A stretch of 63,099 nucleotides of DNA, the filler included, from Choristocarpus tenellus KU-1152 (taxonomy: Eukaryota; Protista; Phaeophyceae): NCBI GenBank assembly GCA_964200185.2. It is 12 parts of 12 records of this genome, joined end to end, with 100 filler letters (N's around TTAATTAATTAA, not from the genome) between each part and the next. Parts side by side here need not be neighbours in the genome. Positions count along the whole stretch, not along the records: positions 24,484 to 28,162 come from CAXNAD020018560.1; positions 28,263 to 30,902 come from CAXNAD020026043.1; positions 31,003 to 35,573 come from CAXNAD020013969.1; positions 35,674 to 40,734 come from CAXNAD020011997.1; 8 more parts are not named here. One strand, written 5' to 3'. Under the pieces are notes generated by a model. The model saw only the letters and a list, made by a program, of their open reading frames with translations, had not been told where the DNA came from and did not search any database. Position numbers and translations under genes: made by a program. Below, piece by piece: positions 25,401 through 38,490 of this stretch. The number at the start of each line of letters is the position of its first letter. The first letter of the stretch is position 1.

Positions 25401-25647
25401 ATATCTTACCCGAACCCTAGCCCTGGACCTTCCTTCCACCTCAGTTCATGACTACAGTCCGCTCACCCCCTCCCTGTTGGAATGTTGTATTCCCAGGGAA
25501 ACAAGACTCATGATTCAGATGGGAGGACAAAAAAAATGGCACAAAGGCTTCGTCAGGAGCAAAGGCAAAGGGGGTGGGGCAGGAGCTGGGCGAGTTGCTG
25601 GTGTTGATGAGGACACCCAACACTCCCGTGCTTGCCATCCCAGATAA
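25401..25647 (+). CDS. Possible 3'-terminal exon of an unknown protein
   Basis: Acceptor-like TCATTTTCAG| followed by an open frame YLTRTLALDLPSTSVHDYSPLTPSLLECC...HPR*. No family recognised. Confidence 0.25.
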
Positions 25648-26682
25648 TATGATTTCGAACTGTACAGGTTGCCAAACCTAAAAATTGTGTGATTGATCTT
25701 AATGATGCTTATTATCAGAACAATGGACTTAGAGCCGAAGTAAACTAGAGATACCAAGGTTTTGACCGTTTTGCATTTTTTTGAAGGCATTTATTAAAGC
25801 TTTTGAAATTCACTCATATTTCTACGGATTAGTCCTAAGTTGGATGCTGTGAGCTGTGTGGCATCTTCTTTCCTCTACAAAAGTAGTTCTAGGTCATACA
25901 ACGTCGATCGTATACCTAAATCTATACATCATTTATTTACACTTTGAAGTACTAATGTGCTGCATTTTCTCTGATTGACCACTGTCACAAATCAAATAAT
26001 AACTCCACATTTAGCGATAAAAAGTAACTTTTACTAATAATAACAACTGAATCTATCTCCTTGAATCCATCTTCTCAAAACGTAAGGGCACATGGAGAGA
26101 TCTAGAACAAAGGGGAAATGTTTGACATCTATACCACTACTAGCAGGGTGTGTCATGTATGTGTCGGAGGTCCATTCACCGGTCTAGACTCTTTAAACTG
26201 TGCCTAACCATGACATAGTTTCGCACGTACCCTTCTAGAGCGAATAGAACAGCGAGGAAGAGTTGCACTCGAAAACCCAAAGTTGCAGACAGTACCTTCT
26301 GTCTGCGTAGTCCTCCAGACAGAGTCTGCACTCATCACTACCTGACTGTACTGGAAACCCTGAACACCATGTATAGGTGGGCTGTCTGATCCCAATACAG
26401 TTGCCTGTGGCCAAGTCTAGTTGTAGCCCAATCAAATCAGTGTAACTCAAACACCACAAATCATATCTAAAAAAATATATTTCCTCAAAAATGAATCATT
26501 TCCCTCGATGGATAGCACATATACACGAGGTGCCTTGCTGTGGATGTCAATATTATTGTCAATATTCTTGTCAATATTATTTTCCCTTCTACATTATCTC
26601 AATTGATCACTTCCACACTGAACGCAGCACACAATAATACCCAAGCTCTTCTGGAATAGTATAGAGTCAAAATAAACAGTTG

Positions 26683-26863
26683 CATTTTGAGAATTCCTGC
26701 AAGTATGTCCAAAATTCAGTTTTTATCATACAAATGTGTGGATACATATTGGAAATTGTGCCAAAAACCTTCAAACAACAGCAGAGAAATGGAAAAAATT
26801 GAAAAACTGTCCAAAATGAAAATTGGGCGGAAACTTGGTACCTCTCATTTACTTTGGGTCACC
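26683..26863 (+). repeat. Dispersed repeat, family C copy 2 (internally deleted, approximate)
   Basis: ATTGTG..TCAAACAA, TTGAAAAACTG and GGTACC..TTTACTTTGGGTCA blocks shared with ~60624-60851. Confidence 0.45.
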
Positions 26864-28092
26864 CCTACCTTCAAGAGTAAGAATGAAAAAAAACAAAATC
26901 CATCAGCCAGTCCCGACCATTCCAAACCTCTGACGCCACTGCTTCTGCCACTGCGAGGCATATTTCAACTATTTCAAGATGGTACAGTAGATCAGAGCAA
27001 CACCTCTAATTAACAATGTTGCGAACATAATCGCCCATCAGTTCCTCCAAATTTATCACTAATTATTTTTCTTCCCTTGTCTTGACCCCCTTTTGCTTCC
27101 TCGGATTACGAAATGTAACTAGGAACATCGAGTATCCGAACGAAAAACCATCTTGAACACAAAAACATCCCACTATCACAACAGGTCTCAACAGACAAGA
27201 CTTGTGAACCTTCTCACTCTGCCCGAAACTTAAGGCAGCATCTACAAAAACCGATATTTAATCAAGAGACTGCCTCAATAATATACAAACAAGATTCACT
27301 CAACAATTTCAGGTTTAGTGGATTGCTTGTGGTATGACATGCAAGTTACTCTCACCTCCTCTCCCGTGTCCAAATCCAACATGAAAAGAAGAACGCATCC
27401 CACAATCCTTCAAATATTCCACTCTGTAATGTTAAAAATACATGTTCATGTCTACCTACCACCTTTCCCCACCTCGATCACATCCCAGTCATGACCTCTC
27501 CGGTTCTGTAGAAGCTTCTGCAATCATTGTTATCTTGCAAAGTACTTATCAACCTCCTCGCTCACTCCTCTAGCCGCCCCCTTCCCCTCTGAAAATAATC
27601 GATTTCAACTGTTTCATTTGGGACCATCCCTCTACCTTGAGCAACCCATCTCAGCTACGTCTACTACAGCAGTAATCATTCTGTTCCTGGAGAGTAGTAT
27701 AGATACCTTCCCGATTGATCACCCTCTCTGCCAATAAAAAAACGTTATCAATTTTCTTGGTTGGGACCAAGTCTAAGTGCCCACACCAAAAAGGAGACCA
27801 TAGCAATCCACGTTATGTGCCTAAAAAATCTCTTGGGGTTGAAGAGATTCTTGTATGCAAGGTAAAGCATTCGTTTTGTCATGCCACCAAGACACAATGT
27901 CAAAGTACCTATTTTTAATTCACATTGGTACGTGAGTGAGGAAAGAGGGTCACAAGAGGGAGGAGGAACAAGGCAGTCGGTCAGTAAAATGAAAATGGAA
28001 TCACTAGGGTAAAAGGCAAGGTGATGAAGAGTTAAAGAGAAAATAATTGGGAGGGTATGCATTCTTAACTAACATTACACTATGTATGGTAA

Positions 28093-28096
<4 letters not shown>

Positions 28097-28125
<29 letters not shown>

Positions 28126-28162
28126 TGTATGTATGTATGTATGTATGTATGTATGTATGTAT
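28097..28162. repeat. (ATGT)n microsatellite at contig end
   Basis: About 16 perfect units running into the spacer. Confidence 0.95.
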
Positions 28163-28482
28163 NNNNNNNNNNNNNNNNNNNNNNNNNNNNNNNNNNNNNN
28201 NNNNNNTTAATTAATTAANNNNNNNNNNNNNNNNNNNNNNNNNNNNNNNNNNNNNNNNNNNNCCACTGGGTCCCCCATCCTAATCACCCGAGTTGTGTGT
28301 GTGAAGGGGAGGGGTGTGCAGCGATGTAGGGGGGTGGAACTAGATGTTTTTTGTTTGCTGATAGTGAGTATGTAGGAACCAAGGGTGGACTGTGTTAGAT
28401 GGTTGATGTCAGGGGAATAAGGAGGGACTTACAGCAACTGCATTCAACAACTTGCTGTTGACGTCCCCTCCTGTGAGAGCCC

Positions 28483-28517
<35 letters not shown>

Positions 28518-30431
28518 CCCCTTGGGGCCCTTTTTTTTTCCCCCCTTTTTTTTGGCTTATAAAATAAGTTTTTTGTTGACTATTATTTTTTTTAATAGAC
28601 ATACTGATAACATACACCATGGGATGGGTCCTATTCTGCAAATAAACCGAAACCTCTCACTGTTGTGGACGTTTCTAGCTCTCATGATTGGAAGGCATGC
28701 AAAAGCAACACAACAAACGATCCTCCTCTACTTCTTCCATACTTCAACTGCCAACACTGTACTGTTGTTTCGCGTTTCAATCCTCCTAGTACAGTGTACT
28801 GGAGTGACTCAGGGATATCCTGTATGGTGATCATTCCTCTCCCCCTTCTCATCTATATGATCTGCTACGATATGAGAGATGCTTTTATCCTCCTATTGAT
28901 AGCTAGCAATTATTTTCACATTGCTCGTTCCCTGTTTAGTCTGTTGGGTTCTAATTCAATTGCAAATAGCTTCCCATATTTTTTTTAGTCTTGGTTGGTC
29001 GGGTGGACTTAGTGTTCTGGACCTCTGGAGCAGCCTTATCTCCAGGTTTGGTAGGTTTTGGTCGTTTCAAGACACAAAATAATATTATATGAAACTTCCA
29101 GTCTTTCTCCCTCTGTGCCAATTGCTTTGCGTACTCTTCCCTGAACAATGCCTGGATATTTCCACTTACCTGGACACGATTAATTCATGGGGATTTTCAT
29201 AGTAGAGTAATGCCTCCTTTTGGAGGCAAATTTCAGTACATTCAATCAGATTAGGGACAGAACAGTATACAATGAAAATGAAGTATACATCGAGGATGCA
29301 CACAACCCCAACAAAAGACCAAAAACCCTCACAAAATGCAGAACTTGGAAGTAGCGAGGGGAAATTAAATACCAAGTTGTGATATCACTGGGTACACACC
29401 AATTATTGCTCACAGCACTCAGCAGACTTTGTTGTAATGTTAGGTAGCAGTGCAGTTGAAGTAACAGTTGTTGCTGTATATCATGCCGTTAGTAGTATGA
29501 TTGGAGACTCCTGGATGGTGTGCAGGCTCCAATTAGACACCAGTGCTATCATCCAACTTCGAATTGTTAGTTACAAGTGACTGCATTTGCTTCCTTTGAA
29601 GTAGTGTCCACATAAAAGCATTTGTGTGTCATTCTGTCATTCTCAAGAATTTGCTCAGCAGTTGAAAACACTGAGCATCTGGATAGCTCCAGATGATTTA
29701 TTGTAAGTGGAAATAACAGCAAAACTAGAAAATAACAACCGCATGAAAGATCAAAGGAACATCTTCATTCACACCTATATGGAGGACACACAAACAGAAT
29801 CAGCATGGTGGGACTTAAATCTACCTAATGCAATGGCGTCCCACTCCGAAGAGAGGCTAGAACATGGGAATGAAGCAGGAAATCTGCATGGGTATGCCGG
29901 CTGTGCAGTGTTTCTAGTACTACACCTTGTACATACGCAATCTCAAACATTGGGGAGTAGAAAAAAATCACCATCATTCAAGGGGAACAAGAGCACTGAG
30001 CGATAATGGTCTATCGCACCTTCAACAATCTACTTCGCCAGGCTATAACTGGTTTGCTTGAGTCTACAACAAGGACCTCAACAACAGTTGGTCCAGGGTT
30101 GGCGCCGGGCAAAAAACAAATGTCTCCAAGCTTTATCCTCATTATCGAGTTGGCGAGGATGGATTCAATGCTACAACCTACCATGTATCTTCAACAATAG
30201 TATTTCCTCCTTCAGCAAGACTTGATTAAAATTTTATCTCTCCCTGGATGTCAATTAAAACACACACACACACACACACACACTCAACTGTTGCCAGGGG
30301 TATTCCTTCCCTCTCCACATCTCCACGGCAATGTACCCCTGAGGTCAACAACAGGAGATAGAAAACACCATAGACCCTTCGTAATTATATATTTGCTTCC
30401 TGATCCAACCGAAGCACAAAAGCCTCCTCTC

Positions 30432-30902
30432 CTATCGTTGGCTTGAATACTTCGGCAATTGTGGCGGAAAAACAGGCCTCTGTCCTGAGGCAGGCGCCAC
30501 AGCAGCAGAAGACGAGGAGCTACCCACAGCCCCCCTTGCATCCTGACCTTGACCGGGACTGAACCCATGTATTGCGTTGTTGGAGCTCGCAGCTGTTGAT
30601 GACCCCCACTGTTGTGCAATCTGCCCCTGCTGTTGTTGACTTTGCATGTTGGGGTAGTGGGGATGATGTGGCTGGTGGTGGTGATGCCATGGTGGTTGGA
30701 CACATTCCTGGGGAGGGACTGGCACCATTGGTGGTGGCATGTACATCCCACGTGGTGGTAGCAAATTGCTATCCAAACCATGCTGCATGGGAGGAGTCTG
30801 GTGGTGAGGGCGTGGCCAGTTAGAGTGGGAAAAAGGAGGTGGTACACTGAGCCCACCATGAGGTACTCCTGCTGGACCTGGGGGTTGCTGGGGTGCCCCC
30901 AG
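30432..30902 (-). CDS. 3'-terminal coding segment of a P/Q/H-rich low-complexity protein (5'-truncated by the contig edge)
   Basis: The frame is open from the contig edge: LGAPQQPPGPAGVPHGG...PPWHHHHQPHHPHYPNMQSQQQQGQ...PKYSSQR*. Confidence 0.6.
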   Translation of the reverse strand: MGAPQQPPGPAGVPHGGLSVPPPFSHSNWPRPHHQTPPMQHGLDSNLLPPRGMYMPPPMVPVPPQECVQPPWHHHHQPHHPHYPNMQSQQQQGQIAQQWGSSTAASSNNAIHGFSPGQGQDARGAVGSSSSSAAVAPASGQRPVFPPQLPKYSSQR

Positions 30903-31002
30903 NNNNNNNNNNNNNNNNNNNNNNNNNNNNNNNNNNNNNNNNNNNNTTAATTAATTAANNNNNNNNNNNNNNNNNNNNNNNNNNNNNNNNNNNNNNNNNN
31001 NN

Positions 31003-31020
31003 CCCCAGATACTTTGAGTC
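31003..31020. mobile_element. MITE family B terminal fragment at contig start
   Basis: CCCCAGATACTTTGAGTC immediately follows the spacer. Confidence 0.65.
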
Positions 31021-31252
31021 AAATGGCTAAGCGAAAACCCGGGTGTAGAATATCTGAATAGTCGACAGTTGCAGCAGGCCCTGGCTGTTTGGAAGCTGTG
31101 CGAGCCAGAGTGAGTTAAGGAAACGAGAAAGAACGTGTTAGGGTTGGGCTACAAGGGCTCTGAAGCCCGAAAGAAGGTCGAAAGGGCTCGCAAGACGGAG
31201 GAGAAAGTGATAATAACAAAGGCAAATGTGCAGACGTTTTGATACCACCAGA

Positions 31253-31510
31253 GAGCCAAAGTATCTTACAGGTTTAGCTGCGTCCATTTGGGAGTCAAAA
31301 TCCATTGTTGCGATTTCGATGTAATTTTGGCTATCGTGTTTGTTAGGAAGTGTCAATATCCTTGTTCCTGACACACCTTTTCATAACGTATATATTTTAG
31401 CTACTCCGAAATGGTTTTGGGGTAGCTAAAATGTCATTAGGACCCGTGGGAAGCCAAGCCCCAAATGGACAAACAGGGCAAAACTCGTACCCTCTAAGAT
31501 ACTTTCAATT
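31253..31510 (+). mobile_element. MITE family A (A1)
   Basis: GAGCCAAAGTATCTTACAGG...TACCCTCTAAGATACTTTC; the body aligns with other A1 copies. Confidence 0.85.
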
Positions 31511-32493
31511 TTCGATCAACTCAAGCCTGTCCTCCCTCGCCCTTGCGCCTTGATAAAATATCAGCCGCCTAGGAAATACGGACGACACCCCTTGAGGAAA
31601 TGGGATAGTAAAGGCTCTAACACTGCGAATCCTGTACCTGTGTATGAACGACGGGAAAGACCGTCAAACGGCGCTCGAGATGGTAGCAGGATATACGATG
31701 GTCAGGTCGGAAACTGTGAGTAAATGGGAGAGAGACTTCCTAACTAAAGGGCCACACAAAGGTGTCGGAGCAAGGGCGCAACGAGAGGAGTTTTGGTTCT
31801 GGGCCTCGACGAGGACATCCTTGGTGAGGTCAAAAACTGGGTGCGCGAACACACAGGAAGAAAGGTGGGGAGGCTTTTCCGTCGTCTAAACCCTATACTT
31901 TAATCAAGTAATAGTGCATCTGTTGCGGTCTTGGTGACCTACAATCCAGGGTTCGAATCCCAATATGAGCGCTCTTTCTTCAAAAAAAGAGAAAACTGGC
32001 GAAAAAAAAAACAAAGCCCGTACTACAGAGGTCATTGTGACGGGCATCACGAAGGTATTTTTATTTTTTTAATCCGATCTCTATGATGGGACAACCCCAA
32101 CATAAGCAATTGGTACCACTATGTATAGGGTGCCGTGATGTAAACTAAGACCCTGGAGAAAATGAATATATAGTTATTTCAACATATATTTTAATTTATG
32201 CGTGGGTCAATATTAATTAATTTGACACATGTATATAATGTGTGGGTGTGTGGGAGACGTAGTGATGAACTACTACATACTATAGTCGATGCAAGCAAAC
32301 ATTACAGTAACATTTGCCTAAATTCTGGTGACTAGTGTTGTGGGGTAAAAAGGTACGTTGGAAACAATCAGGTCCTCCACCACTGGTTTAGGTCTGAACT
32401 ACGAAGAGAGTGATTTTCGAGTGTGTACGCATCTAGTTTCTGAAAGGGATATCATTCTCTCAACCAGAATTGTGGGGGGAGTCAAGAACATAT

Positions 32494-32645
32494 TGCAGAG
32501 TGATTTAATACAGGGGACTATCTGCATCTCCATCCAGGTTGGGTCCTACTTCGGGTGAGTCGAGAGCAGACTGCAGAGAGATATAATACAACGGGGACTA
32601 TGTGCATCGCTCTTCAGGTTGGATTCTAATCTGAATGACGAGTAG
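32494..32645. repeat. Diverged tandem duplication, ~78-bp unit x2
   Basis: TGCAGAG..AATACA..GGGGACTAT.TGCATC..CAGGTTGG occurs at 32494 and 32572. Confidence 0.7.
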
Positions 32646-33113
32646 GTAGTAGGGGTGACTTATCCATGTCGTCTTTAAACCAAATTTAATTTTGTATGTA
32701 GTACTAGATGAGACGGTTTCCCATACTTCATCCCAGCACCAGGAATGAATTGCGGCACTGGACTAAATCTGAATCCGCGCAGCTAAACACTATGTCCCAG
32801 GACTGATTTCCTGTGAGGTATGGTTTTATGTACGGTAGGCGTAGTCGTGCCGCTCCAGTTGCTGATAGCTCTAGTTTTGCGCAGACTTTGTGGTGCGGAT
32901 AGGCGTGATCCATTTATCGTGGGACAAAACGTTTTTTCAATCCTCAGAGCTTAGGACCTCCCAAGGCATGGGAGTAATCCGCAAGTCGATACACTCGATC
33001 CGCAGGTCGATACACTCAGGTCTTCATAAAGACTTTGGACGGAGGGAGTAAATTGACAACGTCTCTTCAGCTCACGCATTTCCCTCCAACTCAAAACAGG
33101 GAGGACACAATAT

Positions 33114-34027
33114 ATGAACTCGGGTTGTTGCAATCAACTGCTCGTACTGCTCATGGTACACCAGGGGGCGCTGCCTGATGTCTTCTACCGGCGATACCAG
33201 CTTTTGTCGTTATGCTACTGGATCACGCTGCTCGTCGCCGTCCTTTTCGCCATGAGTGCAATGGATGCATCTGGTCAATGCTACACCAATCCCTGTAATG
33301 ACACTGTGGTGACTGGGGGACTTAGCTTAGTCACAGGCTCGGCAGCGTTCTTGTTTATTATGCAGGCAAGCAACAGATTGGAGAAGGTGGAGGTTCCGCG
33401 AATTAGATTCCCAATGGAATACATTGAACCTCGTTTGGTTGTCATAACCTACAACTTTTTCTCCTCACTTACCCCCACGCGTACTCTCGACCTTTTACAT
33501 TCCCAGCCTTGCTATGGACTTTACATGTTGAGGGTCCGATGCACCGATCATCTGGTGAGTGGCTACATATAGACAGAGTGTCTGCTCGTCTCGTTTGATT
33601 TGTGAGGTGGGGTTCTCACCCACTCGCTCGTGCCGTGCCCTCCCTCACACAATGAAACACGCAAGGATTTTGTCTTGACGATCATCTCAGTGAGTACAAG
33701 TGGGGAAGTCGGTGAAGAAGCCTCTATGCATCAGGGATCCCAAAAGCATACGGTAGTTACTACTCCGACTAGTGGTAGAACCATCAGTGTACTATACGGA
33801 ATGCGCTTGTACTGCCGCATATAGTATCCACACAAGCTTCGCCCTCCTTTCCGTCCCTTGGCCTTGGAAAGTGAGCAATACTCTCTGGTGGCAGTCCTTG
33901 TGTCCACCAAGAGACCCTCATCCCCTTCTCTTGTCCCTCTCCAATTCACTTTTCGTGACAGGCTGGGATCTACATTGGCTGTAGTGCCATGGCGACATTA
34001 GTGGCACTGAACGCTTCGGTCTACTGG
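33114..34027 (+). CDS. Small multi-pass membrane protein, partial (exons 33114-33386, 33507-33554, 33962-34027)
   Basis: Phase-0 GT-AG joins. Hydrophobic segments LLSLCYWITLLVAVLFAMSAM, VVTGGLSLVTGSAAFLFIM and AGIYIGCSAMATLVALNASVYW, with a Cys-containing loop (QCYTNPCND). Family not recognised. Confidence 0.55.
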
Positions 34028-35716
34028 GTGAGCCAATGATGTATGAACCCCACCCACAACTCTGTGCCCCTCCTCCCTTGAAATATCCTATGTAGGGGAT
34101 AACTTGTGTAACATAAATCTCTGTTTAGTTTGTGTTAGGTGTGAAATTGCCTGTGTTCTCTTGGCATGATCTAGTGGTTGAATTGAAGTCAAGGAAGGAG
34201 GGGGGAGGCATGAGAAGGGGTGGGGGGGCAGGGGCTTGAGCTGAAGGCTCAGGACACCTGCTTGGTGGTTAATCTTCTTGATTGTGTTAGGCAAATCTAC
34301 TGTTTCCCCTTGTCTGTTACAGGACACCCGCAGTACTTAATTGTGCTTGTTGCATAGGAGGGGTTTCTTTTTTGTTAAAGCCTACACAGGTTTGAGTTGT
34401 CTCAGTTACTTTTCTTTCTGCCCTGGCGGTACAGTCATTACATAATCTTTTCTACTGTTGATCGCACAGAGTCTAAACTACGAATGTGCATGTGACTCCT
34501 CTGTTCTATCCTTTAGTGTCGTTTTATTTTTCATCTATTCTGTGCGATTCCCCCCTCCCCCTCAAACATTTTCCCTTCCGAATGGTGTTGGACGGTCTGG
34601 ATGGGGGGCTCAGGGCTCAGAGGGTATCCTTGCAAAGGAGATAGCCTTGGGATCAGGACTGGATGTAAATGAGCGGGTGGTGGCAGCATCTGGGGTTTTG
34701 AGTTGGATGGTGAGTGTTCGTTTAGGCCCACTCCAGGGATGGTAATATTTTCTTGGTCTTTCAATCTGGGGTTGGTTGTGGCATTGGTATGAGGATATGG
34801 AAGTGGTGCTGTTGTAAGTCAAGGTGAGCACATCAGGCTGTATGATTTTTTTCCTTATTGTTTTCACCTTACAATTTTTGCTATTCAACTTTTTTTTGAA
34901 ATATCCCTTCCTGCTTTTGGGCGTTTAGATCTGGTTAAGAAAACTAAACTGAAAAAAAAAGAGTCGTTCTTTGCTTTGCGTTGTATACGGTTTGTAATTC
35001 CCCTCATTGACCAATCAAATTGCGCTCTGAAATCTACTAGTACGTAACAAGTACTTGCTTTCTTTTTTATTTGACGATTTTTTGGATGATATGCATAAAT
35101 GTATTTATGTATATATATATTGAAAAAAGGGCATAAGTATTTGGCAGTGTTGTGAACTATAAAAAGAAGTCAAGTATTAGAAATAGACAGGCTAGAGAAA
35201 TTTAAAATGAATTCAATTGTACTGCTGGGGCATGAGATACTCCACATAAAATGCATGCGCAGATTGCAGAGCGTCATGCAGTGCCTTAAGATGAGAAAAC
35301 TCTAAGGGCGTTAACAGGGTCTCACCAGGAAGATCTGAAGTCATGTGTATGGGTCTTTTATTTTTTTGTGCATGTAGTTTGTGCAGGTGATTTTCCCCCG
35401 AGAAAACTGGAGTTTGCTGAAGGTGATATTTCATATATATATATATATAAAGGAAACAAAAGTGTGGGGGGAGGGTGGGGGGAGGGCGGGGGGGGGGGGG
35501 GGGAGAAGGGCCTAATTTTTTTTTCCCTTTTTTTTTTTTTTTTTTTTTTTTGGGGGGGTGGTGGGTTTCATTTNNNNNNNNNNNNNNNNNNNNNNNNNNN
35601 NNNNNNNNNNNNNNNNNTTAATTAATTAANNNNNNNNNNNNNNNNNNNNNNNNNNNNNNNNNNNNNNNNNNNNGGGGGGGGTGGGTGGGGGGGGGTGGTT
35701 TGTGGGGGGGTGTGGG

Positions 35717-35758
<42 letters not shown>

Positions 35759-36293
35759 GTATTATTGCAGGATATGATCATGATTGTCATTCACGTCAAT
35801 ACTGCATCGTGGAGAAGATGGGGGCATCGGGCGGGGTTTGCGTTCAATTTTAAGGCGAAGGCATCAATGTTGGCTTACAGTGTGACGCACGGGAATTTTT
35901 TTATTTATATATATATAGCCAGTGTAATATTCTATCGGTGCAAAATGTTTCTTTTTCAAGCCATCCCTGTTGCCTAGCATTCATCTTGGAAAGTATTATT
36001 TTCACTGCAAAAGGGCATGGGGGGGTGGGGGGGGGTGGGGGGGGAGGGAGATTGGGTACTTCATAAATGCTGTTCAATACAAGATCGAAGGCGTTGGGGG
36101 AATAAATAAATAAAGTAATTGTAACGGTTACACTCTCTGCTGTTGGTGAAGAAGTGTTTTTTGCTGACTCTTGATGGGTGTCATGGTATTGAGCAAGAGT
36201 TGAACAAGCGTAGGATGAGCACACTTGAAGCAGGAAGCACAGTATCTGAGTGGAATGGATGGGTGAAGGGGGGCAATATTGAGGAAATTGCAC

Positions 36294-38203
36294 CTAGGTG
36301 CCCCTCCTGATTTCCCCCCAGTCCCAGTAATCCAGCTGTTCCCACAGAATCCAGCTTGGTACAGATACTGCGGTATCTGTGTGGACTTTCCACTCCCCGT
36401 TTCTCCAATGACCACTAGGGTCTGGGAGCAAGGATGGGGAATGGGGGGTGACAGGAGACACAGGGGAGAAAAAAAAGGAGATGGGACAGGGGAGGTAAAC
36501 AATGTTTTTTTCCACGGTATTGCCAAGTGTGTTGTACTGTACCCAGAGTACTACTCCATAGTGGTGGTATCAGTCTCAAGGTTCGGGGAAATGAAAGCTA
36601 CCTGTGGAAGTCCAACAAACAAGGACAGTGAGTGAAATTCCAAGCAATACCGTAGACACTCCTTAAGTTCGGCAATCCATCTACAGGGTGGTGGTGCAGT
36701 GAAACTGGTGATCAAGTGTGAAACGTTGCATCATGATTGAGTTGGGGTGTGTAGATGGTGCAAGGTAGTCGGTCGGTGTAGCCTACAGATGCTGCATTGG
36801 TGAATAGAAAGATGTGTTTTGATGAGCAAAGCTAGATTAGGATAAGGAGGGAAGGAGGGAAGGAGGGAAGGAGGGAAGGAGAGGTGGGAGGGAAGAGGGG
36901 AGAGGGGAGAGGGAAGAAGAGAAGGTGGGCATATGGAACTTCGACTGCATTGTGTGAGGGAGGAAGGGGTGTGTGTGGAGGGTCACTGAAGACCAATAGT
37001 CACAAAAGGCCTGTCAAAGTGTGATTAGGCACTCCGAAGGGCATGTGCATGAAAGATGCCAGGAGGTGGTTCAAGCATCAGTTTTTCTGGATTTGAACAG
37101 CAACATAAGTTCTATGGCATACACACAGTACACTGCATAGCAGGCAAAGGCCACTATCCACCCAGCTCCCCCCCTAGCCATTTTCTCACCTGGTGCTTTT
37201 TGACAGCCCCAATGATGGCCTCGCGGTGGGCAAAAGTCGGCAGCCGTCTACGTTCTTGCTGGTGAAGGCTTGGTGGTCGACCCACTGCCACCCGTCTTCT
37301 TGCACCCTTTCGCCTGCCCTGTGCAGGAAGCAAATTGACTTCGCCTTGCCCGACCCCTCCCTCATCAGGGCTCCTCGTTTTGCTGTCATTTCTCCCCATG
37401 TGAAGTTCACCTATGCCACCAGTGGGTGAAGTATGGGCTTTAAGCAAGGATGCACCAATGGGAACAGAAGTGGTGCCCTTGCCACGGGCGACAGAGTCCC
37501 TGATGCCCTCGCCAGTACTCTCGTCTTGTTTTGCCTTTGCAGATACTTGCACTGGTTCTCCTTGCTGCGAGTTACGTTGCATTGCCTTGACTGGGGAAGG
37601 GATAACACTATTTGAGCTTTCGCCTCGTTCATCTCCACCCTTATGGCGGTCATGACTAACCCTTACAACTCCATCTCTACGTATTCGCTTGGTTGACTTT
37701 CCTCCACCAGTGCTCACCATGTCTCCATCCTCGTTGGTCCCCTCAGTTTCGCCCTTGTCGCCTCCCCCACCTCTTCCCTTTCGTCGTACACCAACCTGAT
37801 TGTTGGCACCGGAGGATATCATTGATTGAGGACCATGGTCACGAGGGATGGGTTTACCCAGGTCTTCTCCATGTAAGAGGTCACATCCAAGTAGTTGATC
37901 ACGAACCTCCTCGCTTCTCATTTCAACATCTTTAATCTTCTTTTTCTTACTCTTGCCCTGGGCACTGTGGATTCCACCGTCCACCAGTTCCGTGTCTTCG
38001 ACAGTGCTTTCCGTCATTACCCCAGGACGTTGAGCGATTCCTTGAGGGACATGCAAAGAGGGTGGTCCTCTTGTGAAACCATTCCCAACATCCTCTCTGT
38101 TTTGCGCTACGCGCTTGCTCTTCCTCTTCTTCCTATTACGAACGTTTGACACGCCTGGGGAGTGTAGTGAGGCGGTGTTGTCGACATCTTTGGTGTCCCC
38201 CAT
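36294..38203 (-). CDS. DEAH-box RNA helicase, 5' part (exons 38203-37190, 36421-~36294); DHX33/Dhr2-Prp22/43 group
   Basis: A K/R-rich disordered N-terminus leads to ERRRLPTFAHREAIIGAVKKHQ|TLVVIGETGSGKSTQIPQYLYQAG (motif I). Confidence 0.9.
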
Positions 38204-38490
38204 GTCACTCTGTTTGTCATCAATGTTTATCTGCCATGTCTAGTTGTAGAAGGCGTAGAGCTTGGAGGAGTTTGCAAAACATTACGAGGCTGATACGTAT
38301 CTTTCGGTTTTGATTGATTTGGTCGATATGTATCTTGTATCTAACCTTTAGCCAACACGAGACAGACCTTCGCACAACACTTCTGGAAAACCAATTGAAT
38401 CATAGTGTGTAGAGCGGCACCTTTTGAGACAACCTACAAATCCCCACCTCTCGAACGACCTGTCACGATCATATTGGTGACGTCCACGGC

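Noticed and set aside
26204-27720. Possible minus-strand exons on contig 5
   Set aside because: Splice-like signals are present but the frame is ambiguous and no motif was recognised.
28951-29222. Possible exons (ALFREEYAKQLAQREKDW…)
   Set aside because: No consistent splice chain or recognisable family; insufficient support.
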